A stretch of 64,000 bases of DNA, from NCBI GenBank assembly GCA_010093815.1, contig ML996581.1; one strand, given 5' to 3'. A model generated the notes under the pieces. That model ran no database searches, was not told the DNA's origin, and was given only the letters and a program-made list of their open reading frames with translations. A program made the position numbers and the translations under genes. The DNA is from Pseudovirgaria hyperparasitica. Its lineage: Eukaryota. Positions 61,893 through 64,000 of this stretch are shown here, piece after piece. Every line of letters starts with the position of its first letter. Within the stretch, counting starts at the first letter, position 1.

Positions 61893-62630
61893 TCGGTCGA
61901 AATGCGAGCACTTCGATTGTCACACGTTCGATAGTCAATAGGATTTGCGCGAGGTATAGATTTGACGTTTGTGTTTCTATTTTTATTCAGCGACGGTGTT
62001 TCAGGTCTCACTCGGGAATTCGACTTGTCACGAGATATCCGTGTACTATTATTATTACGGAAGGATTATACCAGCTATGCTCTGCCAGCAATGAACTTCG
62101 CGCAAACAACATTATTGATTTGGTTGATAACACGGCATATAGCTCACCATGTAAGTCATGGATCAACAGTCTAGTCATTCGACGGCTGTCCTTGGATCTA
62201 ATATACCACGACGCCTGATGTTCTTGTGCGCGAGACGGAGGCTTTGGCCAAAACCATATCGGAGTCGACAAGAAGCCAACGATTTCTAAACTTGTGTAAA
62301 TGCCATCCAGCGAAGGCCGCCAGTTGCCTATGGAGTCTGTTTGATTTGGTTCATACTCGGCTCTTTCCACTTATTTTTCAAGGGGTTCTTGAAGCGTGCG
62401 CGACAGACTACGTCCTCGATGAGATCGGACCGGCACTGATGTGGTTGGCGCCCTTTCGTAGAAGCTGCGTCTAATATTTCTCTGTACCCCCTACTCGGCA
62501 TTGATTCATGGGTCTTCAGATACGCCACTCCACGCTCACACGCGTTTGACGATGACGCATGTGATATCGAATCAGGAACATGGCAGCATCGGCACCATAC
62601 GTTGTTTTTTATGGACCCCAGATGCGAATT

Positions 62631-63646
62631 TCAAGAGTCGGCTTCTCCTTCCTGACGTTCTGGCTGGATCGGCATCGCTTCCAATCGAGCTTGCTTCTCA
62701 CGTCGTTTCTTTTCACGTTTTGAGATCGGATTATCTGTACTTCCAGAATCTGCATCAACTTTTCGCTTGTTGTTCTGCTGCTGTTTCGAACCTTTCGAGA
62801 CCAATGGCAAAGTAGTCTGCGGTTTTGGCCTCTCCCCTCCATAAACCACATTCACGGCACCACGATAGCTGTTCCGTTTCAGTTGAGCAAAAGCTACAAG
62901 ATTTCTGGACTCAGTAGATAGGGCTTCTTTGCCTCTTTCTTGACTCAAGCCCCAAACAGTGGTAAGGTTTATGACGTCCCACGGAGCCCGACAGCCTAGC
63001 GCATTAGTCGCGCCACTGCTAATGATGATACCTCTGCCTCTTGTCGCGCGTATAAGCTGGATTACATTGCTAATGACGTTCCTTCGTGCAAGACTGTCCT
63101 TCGCAAGGATGCTTGGTCCGTAACAAATCTCAATGCGCGCTCCTCGCTCTATGGCTTGGGATAGCATTTTGAATTTGAAATAGTACGACAGTCGCTGTGT
63201 CATGTCGATCGACACGATATCGCAGTCAGCGCTTTCACAAGCCTGTTTTAGCGTCTTTTCATCCGTAGGCCTAAGGGCAAGGATATCGTAATTGGCACTC
63301 AGTGTGCTTATGCGGTGATTTTGTGAGGGGTCATGTAGCGTGAGTGTACAACGGCGCAAGATACGCATCGATGGTGGTACAGGAAAGTCGGGCGTCTGGG
63401 GTATGGGACAGGTCTAGTTGAGTCAGAAAATGACTGACGCGCGGTGAAGTAGGATACCAACTAGATCACCAGGAAGCTTGCCAGAAAGCGTGTGATTGAG
63501 AGCAACGACATTATATCCTACTTCACATAATTAGAATTTTGGCCCATGATTTTTCAAAGCATCCCCTCACATTCGTCGAGAAAAGCAATTGTACGTTGTA
63601 GCTCGCGGTCCTGTGCGGCCCAGGGTACATTGAGATCGTAGAACAT
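62631..63646 (-). CDS. RPP1: RNase P/MRP subunit p30
   Basis: MFYDLNVPW, introns 63521-63570 and 63414-63461, LGYNVVALNH, YDILALRP, EICYGP, RGRGIIISSGA..RAPWDVINL..VWGL. Confidence 0.93.
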
Positions 63647-64000
63647 CTTGTGCAGCTCTTATCGTGACTTTGTCACTGTGGCAATACTAATATTGGCATT
63701 TTGGCAAGTGGAATAGAAAAGTGACCCGAACAGTGAAACCACGAGTTGTATATCGTAGCTTTAGGGCGGTGGTTGACATCTACCCGCGCGCCTGCCCGGC
63801 GCCGGTAGCCTGGTAGTTTAGTCATCACTTAGCGCGCAAATCGGTCTGTAGGGGTACCGGCGAAAGCATCCATCCCACTTCACTTCATTGCTGCGTTCTG
63901 TGCTGTCTGGCCCGTAATCCCCAACAGTCTGGCGATTGTGGTCGTCTAAAGTCATATACAGACGAGCATCTCTCTATCGGTAGGTCATCCATCCATCAGA

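Noticed and set aside
1..64000. tRNA, rRNA or riboswitch elements
   Set aside because: No cloverleaf, A/B-box pair, rRNA-like or TPP-aptamer sequence was recognised by eye. tRNAscan-SE and Infernal would be needed to exclude them formally.

Overview
Eukaryotic, gene-dense DNA from a filamentous ascomycete (Pezizomycotina, probably a Dothideomycete; inferred from short GT..CTRAC..YAG introns and gene content). I reconstructed about 24 protein-coding genes by hand-splicing. They include Rim15 kinase, two MFS transporters, an RTC4-like protein, Aro8, Ost2/DAD1, TMEM14, a four-exon CYSTM protein missed by the ORF track, a C2H2 zinc-finger protein, SF3B1/Hsh155, GPALPP1, Vps8, GH105, Coq6, Vps33, a likely dual-targeted HisRS, DUF1907, an F-box protein, DUF1295 and RNase P p30. 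A roughly 7 kb accessory-looking block (50.2-57.0 kb) holds a RIP-like AT-rich relic, an AIM9/APH-like kinase, NACHT and ankyrin pseudogenes, a hypothetical gene and a SET-domain gene. The best structural finding is a candidate spliceosomal twin intron ([D1,2]/[A2,3] stwintron, 59623-59725, minus strand) that joins a signal peptide in frame to an unusual Q/T/V/E-repeat protein. The window also shows recurring C-rich to G-rich strand-skew domains that are independent of gene orientation. No tRNA, rRNA, CRISPR array or intact transposon was recognised. All family assignments come from motif recognition by eye, not from database searches.
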